NCBI GenBank assembly: GCA_964492425.1
Contig: CAZBKB010000004.1
Span: forward strand, 24,260 to 82,825
Length of the DNA stretch: 58,566 nt
Direction of reading: 5' to 3'
From: an uncultured Gammaproteobacteria bacterium
GTDB taxonomy: Bacteria; Patescibacteriota; Microgenomatia; Curtissbacterales; GWA2-41-24
Part shown: positions 1-10,079 of the stretch, piece by piece
How the letters are laid out: each line of letters starts with the position of its first letter
Position numbering within the stretch: position 1 is the stretch's first letter
The notes under the pieces: generated by a model
What the model was told of the DNA's origin: nothing
Seen by the model: the letters and a program-made list of their open reading frames with translations, nothing else
The model's database searches: none
Position numbers and translations under genes: made by a program

Positions 1-533
1 AGGATACTATATCCAACAATTCCGATTTCTATCCAATTAATAAAGTAGCTGGAAAAAACGAAGGCGATTCCTGACATTAAGCTTGGCCACTTAGACAAAC
101 CGAGACTCTTGGTGAATAGGTACGTAAAATAAATGGTAAATGGCACTTGAAGAATGATAAATATAATCCACGCTTCGAACATCGGCAATAGCAGAAATAA
201 TATATTAATAGGATTAAATATGAACGTTTGGATATTCGCTAGGTGTGGAGTACCTGAAAAACTGTACGGATTCCATAGAGGCAAGCTAAAATTAGTTTTA
301 ATTTCATCAAATGTTAATTTATGCCATGGGAGGTGCTGCCTGATTGCATCCATGGCAATAAATTCTTTGTGAGTTGTCCATGAATTGTATCCTTCCCAAC
401 CACCTGAATACCAAGGGAAGTTAAAAGATACAAGTAAATCTCCCGGGTAAGGAAATTCTGCTCTTGTAAAGATTTTAAAAAAAGTTAGACAGGTTACTAG
501 TATTATTAAAATAAAGGGCCAATAATTCTTCAT
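1..533 (-). CDS. YfhO-like GT-C membrane glycosyltransferase, N-terminal part (gene continues beyond the left edge)
   Basis: Absent from the ORF track because it has no in-window stop. My reverse-strand translation from ATG 531-533 stays open to position 1 (177 codons): MKNYWPFILIILVTCLTFF...YPGDLLVSFNFPWYSGGWEGYNSW...IRQHLPW...LPLWNPYSFSGTPHLANIQTFIFNPINILF. It has multiple hydrophobic helices and the pattern resembles the bacterial YfhO family. Confidence 0.5.
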   Translation of the reverse strand, partial: MKNYWPFILIILVTCLTFFKIFTRAEFPYPGDLLVSFNFPWYSGGWEGYNSWTTHKEFIAMDAIRQHLPWHKLTFDEIKTNFSLPLWNPYSFSGTPHLANIQTFIFNPINILFLLLPMFEAWIIFIILQVPFTIYFTYLFTKSLGLSKWPSLMSGIAFVFSSYFINWIEIGIVGYSI

Positions 534-538
534 GGTTT

Positions 539-2023
539 TTAAAATGTGTGCTTTTCTAGAACAATATCGCCCGAAAACGCTTTTTCCTCAAGCAGAGTTG
601 ATTTATCACGTGTTTTGTCTACATACCATCCTTCGTTAAAATATTTTTTCGATGAATATTCACGAATGATTAAATAAAATATTTGTTGGTTTTCTTTCGG
701 TTTTTCGATCAAACCTTTCCTGTTATACCAATAAAGCAGATAATCGAATGGTGGATCGAAAATAGCCGGAGAATAAACGTAAATAGAATAATTTTTGGGC
801 TTTTGAGATTCAATATAATTCACCACTCTTTGTGCATTAATATACATTCCGCCACCAGTAATTTTTGTTTCATTAAATCTGCTAAAAAGACCGTTGGGTA
901 AATTAAGTAATAATACAATGATAATAAAAATAATAGATGTTACTTTTAAATAGTAAGTTTTTAATGACTGTTTTAGTATTATTGCTGCTAAAATAACGAA
1001 CGTTGTAGGGAGACCTATCAAATAATAATCCCAAATTCTGTCTTTAAAAAAAGTGAAGAAGATTATAGAAAATATAATTAGTGAAAGCAGATAATCTACG
1101 AGGGTTTTTATGTTCTTTTCAAAAGTTGGTTTTTTATAAACAACGATTAATGTCAATATAAAAAATGATAGAAGAAGGAAAGAGAGTAGGTTATTCGCAT
1201 AAAGGAATGTTTGCGAAAACAAATTGAAATAAGAATCGAGTCTCTGTAAGAATCTGATATAAATTACGGCTTCCTCACCATATATTTTAGGTGAATGTAA
1301 GTATGATACTGCTGCTTTAGTTTCCAAAAAATTATTTCTTATTTCAAATAATATTTGTGGTATCCAAAGAATAATTATCCCTATGAGGGTCCATACTAAA
1401 TTTTTCGTAAATAAATATTTTCTGTATATTAATATTGAAAGAAATGTCCAAAGAGTGATCATTACTCCAAAAGCTACTTCTCCCTGCAAAATTATTTGCG
1501 AGGACAGGCCGTATAGAAAATAGTATGGAGTACTTTTGGTTTTTAGAATATTGTAAAAGCTAAAAAATAAAAGGGTCATAAAAACAGGAACAAGAGTTGG
1601 ACTCCAGATAAAGGTTGGCGATAACATCCAAAATGATGAGACAAGTGAAAGATAAGAAAAAAATGCCGATAAAATAAACGACCCAGTTATATATCTTAAA
1701 AATAGATATAATGCGATTGATGTTGCCAAGCCAATAAACGTAAATACAATGGCTACAAATGTGGGATTACCACCTGATATGAGAACCGGTATAGATAGAA
1801 TGTAATACCACCAAGGACCATAGAATATTCCTGGCAGACCTGTGGTTGGACCTATTAAAGTAATATTTTTTTCGAAAACAATCTTTGATGCTTCGAGAAG
1901 ATCTCTTCCCTGATCGTAAGTAAAATCGAACGCGCCGTTATATGCTAAATAGGTTTTTAACTTAAGATAAAGGAGCGATAAAAAGCCTAAAAATAATATA
2001 TCCTTATTGAACAATTTTTTCAT
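539..2023 (-). CDS. GT-C fold polytopic membrane glycosyltransferase (ArnT/PMT-like, GT39/GT83-like)
   Basis: 494 aa with more than 10 predicted TM helices. First-loop acidic motif FTYDQGRDLL...LIGPTTGLPGIFYGPWWYY is shared with the ORFs at 3217, 6365 and 29037. ATG at 2021-2023. Confidence 0.7.
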   Translation of the reverse strand: MKKLFNKDILFLGFLSLLYLKLKTYLAYNGAFDFTYDQGRDLLEASKIVFEKNITLIGPTTGLPGIFYGPWWYYILSIPVLISGGNPTFVAIVFTFIGLATSIALYLFLRYITGSFILSAFFSYLSLVSSFWMLSPTFIWSPTLVPVFMTLLFFSFYNILKTKSTPYYFLYGLSSQIILQGEVAFGVMITLWTFLSILIYRKYLFTKNLVWTLIGIIILWIPQILFEIRNNFLETKAAVSYLHSPKIYGEEAVIYIRFLQRLDSYFNLFSQTFLYANNLLSFLLLSFFILTLIVVYKKPTFEKNIKTLVDYLLSLIIFSIIFFTFFKDRIWDYYLIGLPTTFVILAAIILKQSLKTYYLKVTSIIFIIIVLLLNLPNGLFSRFNETKITGGGMYINAQRVVNYIESQKPKNYSIYVYSPAIFDPPFDYLLYWYNRKGLIEKPKENQQIFYLIIREYSSKKYFNEGWYVDKTRDKSTLLEEKAFSGDIVLEKHTF

Positions 2024-3212
2024 AATATTTTTTTAACAATATTATCAGTATGGTAATTGCGGGTAATATTACTATTACTGTTTGCATAAAGAGAATTGTA
2101 TTCGGCTGGGACCATTCACCATATAAGAGAAAGGGTGTGTACCTCAACATGGAGGAGAATCCTATGACTATTGACAAAGCAAGTAAAAATGTTTTTTTTG
2201 GCAAAAAAGAAACTAAAGGTAGCGTCCAAAAAAGGTACCAAGGTTGAAATTGTGTTTGGAGACTCCCAGCTGATATAAAAGGCACTGTCACCCTAAATGT
2301 TGAAAATATCCAAGTGAATGTTGAATATACAATAATGTTGATATATATGTAAGTTTCGATTTTGTTAAATTTAGTAAATCTAAAGATTAATAACGGCAGC
2401 AATGTTATTAATGAAAGGTATTTTACAAACGCCCCAATAATTATAGGCAGCGTTGATAATAAAATTTTGGAGTAAGTAAGAAAATAAATTGAAAGTATTA
2501 TAAAGAATGCGTGAATTATATCATTGTGAGCATTTGTTACACCCTCTATCAAGAAAACCGGGTTCATTGCGTATAAAGCCGTTCCGACTATAGATAAATT
2601 GTTTTTTAGTCTCTGGAGTATTTTGTAAATTAAGAGTGTGTTTAAAATGTGAAAAATGCCTATAAAAATTTTAAATGTAAATAACGTAAGCAAAAATTTT
2701 CCAAAACCCAAAAGTGATGGTAATGTCGAATATATAAGCCATAATGGACCGTACGGTGAATATCTATGTGTCCACCTCATAAATCTGATCCAATCATCAT
2801 TTGGAAAATCTAGAGGTTTATTTGAATAAGGATTCAAGTTGTATGTCGTGATTATTTTTGCATCGAACATATAGTTGAAAAGGTCCGAAGAGAGAAATGG
2901 ATATGAGGGAATCAATATTATTGTAATAAATAAGGTTGATACTAGAAGATATTTTAAAGAAAGCCTTTTTTTTATAAAAAGGATCAAATTCGTAATATAG
3001 TTTACATAAAACGCTAATAATAATAAAAAATAAAAAACCGTTGCATGAAGTCTTTGATAATAGCCAAAGTATTGAAGCTTGGAAATAATATTCAAAATTA
3101 GAGTGTTTTTGGTTAAAGTCAAGTTTAAATCTACGTAAGCATAGGTGAAAAGTGCAAGTACAATTGCAAGTGAAAGGTTGGTTGCGAGAAGTTTGTATTC
3201 TAATCGGCTCAC
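2004..3212 (-). CDS. GT-C fold membrane glycosyltransferase (DUF2029 / GT87 / MptB-PimE-like)
   Basis: 402 aa polytopic protein. Loop SSDLFNYMFDAKIITTYNLNPYSNKPL...RYSPYGPLWL resembles polyprenyl-phosphate-mannose-dependent mannosyltransferases. GTG start at 3210-3212, 4 nt after the upstream stop. Confidence 0.55.
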   Translation of the reverse strand: MSRLEYKLLATNLSLAIVLALFTYAYVDLNLTLTKNTLILNIISKLQYFGYYQRLHATVFYFLLLLAFYVNYITNLILFIKKRLSLKYLLVSTLFITIILIPSYPFLSSDLFNYMFDAKIITTYNLNPYSNKPLDFPNDDWIRFMRWTHRYSPYGPLWLIYSTLPSLLGFGKFLLTLFTFKIFIGIFHILNTLLIYKILQRLKNNLSIVGTALYAMNPVFLIEGVTNAHNDIIHAFFIILSIYFLTYSKILLSTLPIIIGAFVKYLSLITLLPLLIFRFTKFNKIETYIYINIIVYSTFTWIFSTFRVTVPFISAGSLQTQFQPWYLFWTLPLVSFLPKKTFLLALSIVIGFSSMLRYTPFLLYGEWSQPNTILFMQTVIVILPAITILIILLKKYYEKIVQ

Positions 3213-3216
3213 GTGA

Positions 3217-4650
3217 CTATTTTATAGAAACTACATGAAAAGGTTCAAATATCTGTAATTTTACTGCCTTTTCCCCTGTTTCATACTTACTCAGGCTATG
3301 CTCCTGTAGATCTGAATATTCAATTATATAGATGCTTTGCGACTCATTATTTATTGGAACTTTCGACCATTTAGATAAATATTTAAAGCCGTAATTTATC
3401 GGAAGAGGTATTTCATAAGAAAGACTTATGTTTTTACCTTGTGAATCCTCTTTAATATAAGAGATAATATTTTTCTTAAGGTTAATAGAAAAAGGATTTT
3501 TAAAGTATTTTATGGGTGTATAAAAGTTAACAAAAATAACCAGGATAAAGAAAATTAAGAAAATAGAAATTGATCTTTTTACGAGGCCATTATATAAATT
3601 CCCGACTAATATTAATGCTGCTGGAATTGAAACTAAAAAATAATACTCAGGTATATGCTCTTTATAAAATAGAAGGCCTATTAATGGTGTAAGAAGAAAA
3701 ATAAGGGTTTCCTTAACAAAAGTTTTATTTAAATGTATACGAATGTAATAAGATAAAGTAATTAATAACATAACTAGAGTAATACTTTGTCTATGCGGAA
3801 TTATCACGGTTTCTGTTACAACATTTAAAAAGTTAATAACTGTATCTGAAAATTTAGATAAGTCCGCATGGTTACTTGAAAATAATAGTGAGCTTAGTTT
3901 TTTTGTCATTAATAAGTTATGTCTAATTTCAAAAGCAAAATATGTAGACAGGGGCAGCAGAAATGTCAGAATGGATATAATAATTTGCCGGGCAGTAAAT
4001 TTCGTCTTATTGATTAGAAAAATCAGAATTACTGCAGGAATTTGCAGGAGTAACGTGAGATGCACATGATATCCTAGCGATAAGCTAAGAGTCAAAAATG
4101 GTAATAAGAAATACTTTTTTAAATAAGCAACATTATAAGTAAGATACATTACTAAAATAGATAATAGTGAAATGTAAGAGATGGGGCTTGCTGAAATATC
4201 GTATGAAATAAGTCTTGCAGAAATTATATAAATTAGCACAGATAACAATGCTTGAGTAGTATTTGAGATATCTTTAACAAATATGAACAGGAGGACGACA
4301 GCAAAAGCGGAAAACATGACCGCCTGGTAACCTAATGCGATTGGATCTAATTTAAAGGCGTAAAGAAAGATGGCATGTGACCAATTTAATAATGGGCCTG
4401 CGAATATGCCTCCGGTTGAAGTTTCTATGCCGATTAAGGTGGGTTTGTGGTTTATTATTAAACTCCAGGCAGCCTCTGCAGCTTTTTCCTGATCGTGATC
4501 AAATCCCAATCTGTCTGAAAAATTATAAAGACGAGTTGTTAAAAACAATGCCAGAAGAGCGAGCAAAAGTAAAAGAGAAAAATTCGTTTTTCTAGGGAGA
4601 TTCAGAATCTGGGAGAGACTTAGTTTAGCTGTAAATTCCGCGAAGATCAT
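3217..4650 (-). CDS. GT-C fold polytopic membrane glycosyltransferase (ArnT/PMT-like paralog)
   Basis: 477 aa, multi-TM. Motif GFDHDQEKAAEAAWSLIINHKPTLIGIETSTGGIFAGPLLNW is paralogous to 539, 6365 and 29037. Confidence 0.65.
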   Translation of the reverse strand: MIFAEFTAKLSLSQILNLPRKTNFSLLLLLALLALFLTTRLYNFSDRLGFDHDQEKAAEAAWSLIINHKPTLIGIETSTGGIFAGPLLNWSHAIFLYAFKLDPIALGYQAVMFSAFAVVLLFIFVKDISNTTQALLSVLIYIISARLISYDISASPISYISLLSILVMYLTYNVAYLKKYFLLPFLTLSLSLGYHVHLTLLLQIPAVILIFLINKTKFTARQIIISILTFLLPLSTYFAFEIRHNLLMTKKLSSLLFSSNHADLSKFSDTVINFLNVVTETVIIPHRQSITLVMLLITLSYYIRIHLNKTFVKETLIFLLTPLIGLLFYKEHIPEYYFLVSIPAALILVGNLYNGLVKRSISIFLIFFILVIFVNFYTPIKYFKNPFSINLKKNIISYIKEDSQGKNISLSYEIPLPINYGFKYLSKWSKVPINNESQSIYIIEYSDLQEHSLSKYETGEKAVKLQIFEPFHVVSIK

Positions 4651-5380
4651 TTAAGCGAACACGTACGACATCCCTAAACATCCTGAGAGAATCTTTAAGG
4701 GGACTTACCCTGCTTGTTGCAACGTGATGCCATATTATTGGTACTTCTTTAATTTTGAACTTGTGCTTTTTGGCAATGAATAGAAGTTCTACATCGAATG
4801 CTGTCACTAATGCACCGTGAACTTTTTTGCCCTTGCCATAGACTTTGAGTTCACCAAATAAATTCTTTGCTACATCACCTTTAAAGCATTTAAAACCCGC
4901 TTGAGTATCCCAAATTCCTCGAACTGCAATAATTTGTACGATAATATTAAACACTAAACCCATGATGTGCCTATGTAGAGGCTCTTTTTCCCTTTTTGCC
5001 CCTGGAAGTTGTCTGGAACCAATAACAATGTCATATTCTGGGAAAAACGGCATTAATTTCTCAACTTCTTTGATAGGTGTAGCTTGGTCAAAATCGGTAA
5101 AGAGTATATAGTCTCCTTTTGCCTCTTCCACGCCTTTTTTTACCGTTTCCGCTTTACCTTGATGAGGGTTTTTTATAATACGGATGTTGTCATATTTTTT
5201 AGCAAACTTATCACCAAGTGCTGCGGTATTATCTTCAGATCCGTCATCCACTATAAGAATCTCATATGGGTAACTTTGCGCTGCAAGGTATTTAGCGACT
5301 TCATCAACTGTCTCTTTTTTGAAGTTTGGCTCCTCGTTATATGCTGGAATGATTACAGAAATATGTGGTTTGTCAGACAT
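4625..5380 (-). CDS. GT2 polyprenyl/dolichyl-phosphate glycosyltransferase (ALG5/DPG-synthase-like)
   Basis: Motifs ISVIIPAYNEE, DDGSEDNT, FTDFDQATP, WDTQAGFKCF. The track ORF begins at a TTG (5425) that overlaps pyrB, so I prefer ATG 5378-5380 (MSDKPHISVIIP...). Confidence 0.85.
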   Translation of the reverse strand: MSDKPHISVIIPAYNEEPNFKKETVDEVAKYLAAQSYPYEILIVDDGSEDNTAALGDKFAKKYDNIRIIKNPHQGKAETVKKGVEEAKGDYILFTDFDQATPIKEVEKLMPFFPEYDIVIGSRQLPGAKREKEPLHRHIMGLVFNIIVQIIAVRGIWDTQAGFKCFKGDVAKNLFGELKVYGKGKKVHGALVTAFDVELLFIAKKHKFKIKEVPIIWHHVATSRVSPLKDSLRMFRDVVRVRLNDLRGIYS

Positions 5381-5408
5381 TTTTTTAATTATCTTATTAT
5401 GAAAGTAT

Positions 5409-6356
5409 TTAGACGTTTTTGTCAAAGAGATAAAGAAGTATTGCCATCCTCACATATAAACCATTTTGCACCTGATCAAAATATTTTGCCCTAGAATCTT
5501 TATCTACCTCCTGCGTTATTTCGTTTATACGAGGAAGTGGGTGCATAATTATCGCATTCTTTTTAACAAGTGCTAAAGTTTTTTTGTCAATTATATATTT
5601 GCCGAAATATTTTAGGTATTCACTCTCGCCCGTTTTTTCATTTACAAATCGCTCTTTTTGTATTCTTGTTTGATAAATAACATCAGCGTTTCTTACAGCT
5701 GATTTTAAATCTTCAGTCTCTGAAAATTTAATTTTCTTCTCCTCTAACAATTTTTTGATCGACACAGGTATAGCAAGTGCAGGAGGAGCAACGTAAATAA
5801 GTTCAAAATTACTATATAGACGAAATAATTGACTCAGGGAATGTATTGTTCTACCGTTTGCTAAATCTCCAACCATGGCTATTATTATTTTGGGTAATTT
5901 TGACTTCTTGAGGATTCCAAGGTTTGAAAAAACTGTATATAAATCCAAGAGAGCCTGTGTTGGATGCTCCCCTTTACCATCACCCGCATTAATGATGGGC
6001 ACTTCTGAATACTCTGATGCTATTTGGGACGCTCCTTCTGTAAAATGCCTCAATACTATTACATCTGCATAACAATTAATTACCCTTATTGTGTCCTCCA
6101 GGGTTTCACCTTTTGCTGCTGATGAGAATTCCGATGCATTTTCTGTTGAAATTACCTGTCCTCCTAACCTTAACATTGCAGATTCAAATGACAATCTTGT
6201 TCTTGTAGAAGGTTCATAAAAAAGGGTTGCCATAACTTTACCCCTCAAAGCGGTAAATGGGTTTTTGGACCTTTGTATTTTCTCAGTGATCTTAAATATC
6301 CCGGAGACAAATTTTTTGTCGAATTGACTTGCAGAAATGATATGGCTTTTAGTCAT
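5409..6356 (-). CDS. pyrB: aspartate carbamoyltransferase catalytic chain
   Basis: 315 aa with ATCase signatures FYEPSTRTRLSFE, HPTQALLD and HPLPR. Confidence 0.9.
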   Translation of the reverse strand: MTKSHIISASQFDKKFVSGIFKITEKIQRSKNPFTALRGKVMATLFYEPSTRTRLSFESAMLRLGGQVISTENASEFSSAAKGETLEDTIRVINCYADVIVLRHFTEGASQIASEYSEVPIINAGDGKGEHPTQALLDLYTVFSNLGILKKSKLPKIIIAMVGDLANGRTIHSLSQLFRLYSNFELIYVAPPALAIPVSIKKLLEEKKIKFSETEDLKSAVRNADVIYQTRIQKERFVNEKTGESEYLKYFGKYIIDKKTLALVKKNAIIMHPLPRINEITQEVDKDSRAKYFDQVQNGLYVRMAILLYLFDKNV

Positions 6357-6364
6357 CTCGTAAA

Positions 6365-7864
6365 TTATATTCCTTTTTCTACAGGCTTACCAATCAAATT
6401 TCTACTTGATTCATGATGGGATAGTCTAAAAATTTTAAAGTTATATTCCGAAATATTCCATTCACTTTCAATTTGAGCCATACCAAAACCAGCAATTTCC
6501 CAAACTGGATGTCCAAGTGGAGTACACTTTTGATCTTCGCATATGATTATAAGCTGTTCGGTGATGTTGTCTTCAAGTTTAGTTGGCTCATGGCCTAATA
6601 TATCGAGAAAATAACGGTAAGCATGATCTGAATTGCTCTGAGAAATCATCGCAAAATTGTAGGGCTTGCCTTCTGATTTTTCTATCACGAGATTAGCTAA
6701 ACTTTGGGTTTGTTGAATAAGCCGGTTGGGAGCAGTCGTGTAAAAACCTTGCGATAAAAAGAACAAAAAAATTACAAAAGAAGATAATAGAATAAATATT
6801 CTTGTGACTTTACGACGCCACAAAATCGAAACTAGAAGTCCAAACATTATAAACGGAGCTGGATAAATGCTCCCAAAATAATAATCGTTAAGTTGTCCAG
6901 CATAAAGCCTTATAAAGAATACTCCGGCAATAAAATATATGATTGCAATTGAAAAAATGATTCTTTGGGATGATTTCCAGCTACTTATCAAACCGGCCAG
7001 AACAATAAGAGAAGAGGTCCAAAGATACATTTTTGTAAACGGTGTGTTCTCAATTTTTGTAATCCATTTAAGCAAGATGTTTGCGCTATCTGCTACAGCC
7101 CATGTGATATTTCCCTTATAATCGATAGTACTTCCACGAGATACAAATTCAAATATAGTTTTAAAATTTGGGAAGCTATTCTTAATTTCAAATATCAAAA
7201 AGGGTGAGAATGTAATTAAAATACCAATAAGTATGAGAACAGGACTAATCAGGATTCGTTTAAATTTTTCATTGAATAAAACAATAAGAGACGAGACAGG
7301 GGCTAATATTAAACTTAGATAATGAAGTTGAATTGCAACGCCAAAACATGCCCCGACCCCGAGATAATAAATGAGTTTCCTCTTTTTAATAGCCAGGTAG
7401 ACAAAGTAGATAAGCAAAAGTGAAAAGAATGGCATGGGATTTGGGTTCCACGAAGATCTTGAATACCTAACGATAAGAGGCGTGGCGGCATATAAAAAAC
7501 TTGTAAGAATTGCCGGCCAAAATCCTGTTGTATCCTTTAAAAATTTATAGAGCAATAAAACCGTTGATATACCAAAAATTGCAACCATATATGAAGGTCC
7601 TACAGGATCAAATCTGGACAGTAATATAAATGGTGCTGCCATCCAGTAATATATTGGTCCAAGATAGAAACCACCAACAGAGGCGGTAGGCCCAAGAAAT
7701 GGAATATCTCTATTTAAGATAATGTTCCTTAGCACAATCATGTCCCTGCCTTCGTCTCCTAAAAAGACTACGTAATCTCTTATTTTGTAAAATCGGAAAA
7801 AAACAGCCACTATTATTAACAAGATAACTAATACTGTCTGCAACTTCTTATCTGTCAAAATCAT
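6365..7864 (-). CDS. GT-C fold polytopic membrane glycosyltransferase (ArnT/PMT-like paralog)
   Basis: 499 aa, multi-TM. Motif FLGDEGRDMIVLRNIILNRDIPFLGPTASVGGFYLGPIYYW. Confidence 0.7.
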   Translation of the reverse strand: MILTDKKLQTVLVILLIIVAVFFRFYKIRDYVVFLGDEGRDMIVLRNIILNRDIPFLGPTASVGGFYLGPIYYWMAAPFILLSRFDPVGPSYMVAIFGISTVLLLYKFLKDTTGFWPAILTSFLYAATPLIVRYSRSSWNPNPMPFFSLLLIYFVYLAIKKRKLIYYLGVGACFGVAIQLHYLSLILAPVSSLIVLFNEKFKRILISPVLILIGILITFSPFLIFEIKNSFPNFKTIFEFVSRGSTIDYKGNITWAVADSANILLKWITKIENTPFTKMYLWTSSLIVLAGLISSWKSSQRIIFSIAIIYFIAGVFFIRLYAGQLNDYYFGSIYPAPFIMFGLLVSILWRRKVTRIFILLSSFVIFLFFLSQGFYTTAPNRLIQQTQSLANLVIEKSEGKPYNFAMISQSNSDHAYRYFLDILGHEPTKLEDNITEQLIIICEDQKCTPLGHPVWEIAGFGMAQIESEWNISEYNFKIFRLSHHESSRNLIGKPVEKGI

Positions 7865-7914
7865 GTTTCAAATTTTATATTACATGGAGAATTATCTTAT
7901 TTGGACAGTTATTA

Positions 7915-9105
7915 TTATTGCTTTTCTTTCCAGATCCAAATTAGATTTACAAAATAGTTGAAGAACAGACCAGTAGCAACACCTACTGCAAGACCTATTT
8001 GTTCATGAAGATTTAAAATATGGGCAAAAAACAAGATTGAAAATAATTGGATTATTGGGCTGCCAATAGAAGTAAGATTAAACTTTGCAAACCTGAGAAA
8101 TGGCGAACCCATGTGAGACCTATCCTTAAATGTCCAGTTATCATGCATTAAAAAATTAAAAATTATGGATAGCTCGATAGAGATGACAGATGCAATAAAT
8201 AATCTATCCAAACTAAAAAATAAAATCTTTGGAGCATTTTCTATTGTGGAAATAAAGTTTAATACTGGCCGGGTTAATACGGGATACGAATAAATAGCCC
8301 CCCTATACAAAAGACCAAGGACAACTGCATTAATTAGGTAGCTAATGCATCCTACCAGCGCAAATTTTATGAAAGTTCTTGATCGTTCAAGGCGAACTTT
8401 AAAGCCAAATTTTATTACATCCAGTGTATAGGCGACAATTTTAGCTTTTGAATACCCTTTTTTTCGATCCTTAAAAGTGATGGGGATTTCTTCAATTTTT
8501 GCTCCCGCTTTTATTGCCGCATATAAAAACGCCGGTTGAATTATATAGGTCTTGGATTTCCAAGGAACCTTTGAGAAATCTATTTTTTCAAACAGTTTTT
8601 TTGTGAATACACGATACGAGTTAGTATATTCTGAAATATTGAATGTGCCCCAGGCTATTTTTGAAAATAGGGCTGACCCTCGGGTAAACAATCTCCTGTG
8701 CCAGCCGAGAAGGTTTTTACCTCCTTTTGTAAGTCGCGAGCCTATGACTAGATCATTACCTTCTATAATCTTTTTTATCATTTGGGGGAGTGTCGATGGA
8801 TCATGAGAAAGGTCACTATCCATTTGTGCCAGCATATCCGCTTTTAGCCTACTTATTGCATAACGATGACCTTTTACTATGCCTATTCCTAAACCCCTCT
8901 CTTTTACATCCAGATAGTGCACTTTTGGATTAGTTTTAGTAATCTTTTTTACAATTTCCCCTGTTTTATCAGGTGAATGGCTATCTGAGACTAACACATG
9001 CAAGTCAATACTGGAAATCTTTTTTGCTTGCTCAAGAACAAGTTTGATTATCTCTTCGACATTTTCTTCCTCATTATAGGTGGGGATATTGACTACCAGC
9101 CTCAT
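7915..9105 (-). CDS. GT2 polyprenyl-phosphate (mannosyl-type) transferase fused to a C-terminal GtrA-like 4-TM domain
   Basis: N-terminal part has [13 protein letters not shown] and [10 protein letters not shown] (DPM1-like). C-terminal part [18 protein letters not shown]...[11 protein letters not shown] matches the GtrA family pattern. ATGA overlap with gmd. Confidence 0.85.
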   Translation of the reverse strand: MRLVVNIPTYNEEENVEEIIKLVLEQAKKISSIDLHVLVSDSHSPDKTGEIVKKITKTNPKVHYLDVKERGLGIGIVKGHRYAISRLKADMLAQMDSDLSHDPSTLPQMIKKIIEGNDLVIGSRLTKGGKNLLGWHRRLFTRGSALFSKIAWGTFNISEYTNSYRVFTKKLFEKIDFSKVPWKSKTYIIQPAFLYAAIKAGAKIEEIPITFKDRKKGYSKAKIVAYTLDVIKFGFKVRLERSRTFIKFALVGCISYLINAVVLGLLYRGAIYSYPVLTRPVLNFISTIENAPKILFFSLDRLFIASVISIELSIIFNFLMHDNWTFKDRSHMGSPFLRFAKFNLTSIGSPIIQLFSILFFAHILNLHEQIGLAVGVATGLFFNYFVNLIWIWKEKQ

Positions 9106-10079
9106 TTGGAATTTTTCTTTAGAAGTTTGACGTCTGCTTCCACCATCACTTTTACCAACTCTTTAAAAGAAACTTTTGGGGTCCAGCCTAAAACTTTTTT
9201 TGCTTTCGATGCATCACCAATTAAAAAATCTACTTCAGCCGGCCGCATAAATTCTTTAGAAATTTTTACGTGTTTTTTCCAATTCTTTTCACCAATAACT
9301 TCAAATGCGACTTTTATAAATTCTTCTACGGAGTGATTTTCACCTGTTGCTATAACATAATCATCGGCTATTTCTTGTTGCAACATGAGCCACATAGCTT
9401 CTACATAATCTCCTGCAAAACCCCAATCACGTTTGGCATCGAGATTGCCTAGAGTTAAATATTCCTGCAAGCCTAATTTAATTCTTGCTACGCCGTGAGA
9501 AATTTTTCTTGTTACAAATTCCAAACCTCGTCTTGGGGATTCGTGATTGAATAATATGCCGGGTACGGCGAATAAATTATAAGACTCTCTGTAATTTATG
9601 GTGATCCAATGAGCATATACTTTTGCCACACCATAAGGACTTCTAGGATGAAAAGTCGTTCTTTCTGTTTGTGGACTCTCTGCTACTTGTCCAAACATTT
9701 CTGATGATGACGCTTGATAAAATCTCGTTTTTGGTTTTACCTGTCTTATTGCTTCAAGCATCCTGGTTGCGCCGAGTGCAGTAAATTCACCTGTTAAAAC
9801 AGGCTGGGACCAAGAAGTTGCCACAAAACTCTGGGCAGCCAAATTGTAAATTTCGTCAGGGTTTGAATATTCAACTGCAGAGGTTAATGATTGTTGATCC
9901 AGGAGATCACCAGGAATAAGTTCTATCTTGTCTTGCATATGTTTTATCCTCTCGTAATTTGGAGTTGATGTACGTCTGGTGAGCCCGAACACTTTGTAAT
10001 TTTTTGCAAGTAAAAACTCAGCTAAATATGAACCATCTTGGCCAGTTATACCTGTTATGAGTGCTTTTTTTTGTGCCAT
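9102..10079 (-). CDS. gmd: GDP-mannose 4,6-dehydratase
   Basis: [24 protein letters not shown]..., [27 protein letters not shown]. Confidence 0.95.
   Translation of the reverse strand: MAQKKALITGITGQDGSYLAEFLLAKNYKVFGLTRRTSTPNYERIKHMQDKIELIPGDLLDQQSLTSAVEYSNPDEIYNLAAQSFVATSWSQPVLTGEFTALGATRMLEAIRQVKPKTRFYQASSSEMFGQVAESPQTERTTFHPRSPYGVAKVYAHWITINYRESYNLFAVPGILFNHESPRRGLEFVTRKISHGVARIKLGLQEYLTLGNLDAKRDWGFAGDYVEAMWLMLQQEIADDYVIATGENHSVEEFIKVAFEVIGEKNWKKHVKISKEFMRPAEVDFLIGDASKAKKVLGWTPKVSFKELVKVMVEADVKLLKKNSK

Noticed and set aside
5084-5494. 136-aa plus-strand ORF. The same class includes other opposite-strand ORFs inside long genes, e.g. 154-372, 8998-9336, 12902-13201, 17982-18356, 41017-41436, 47022-47546, 54554-55075.
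   Set aside because: They lie antisense within well-supported genes with strong family signatures. Their translations are low-complexity or hydrophobic 'shadow' sequences with no motifs.
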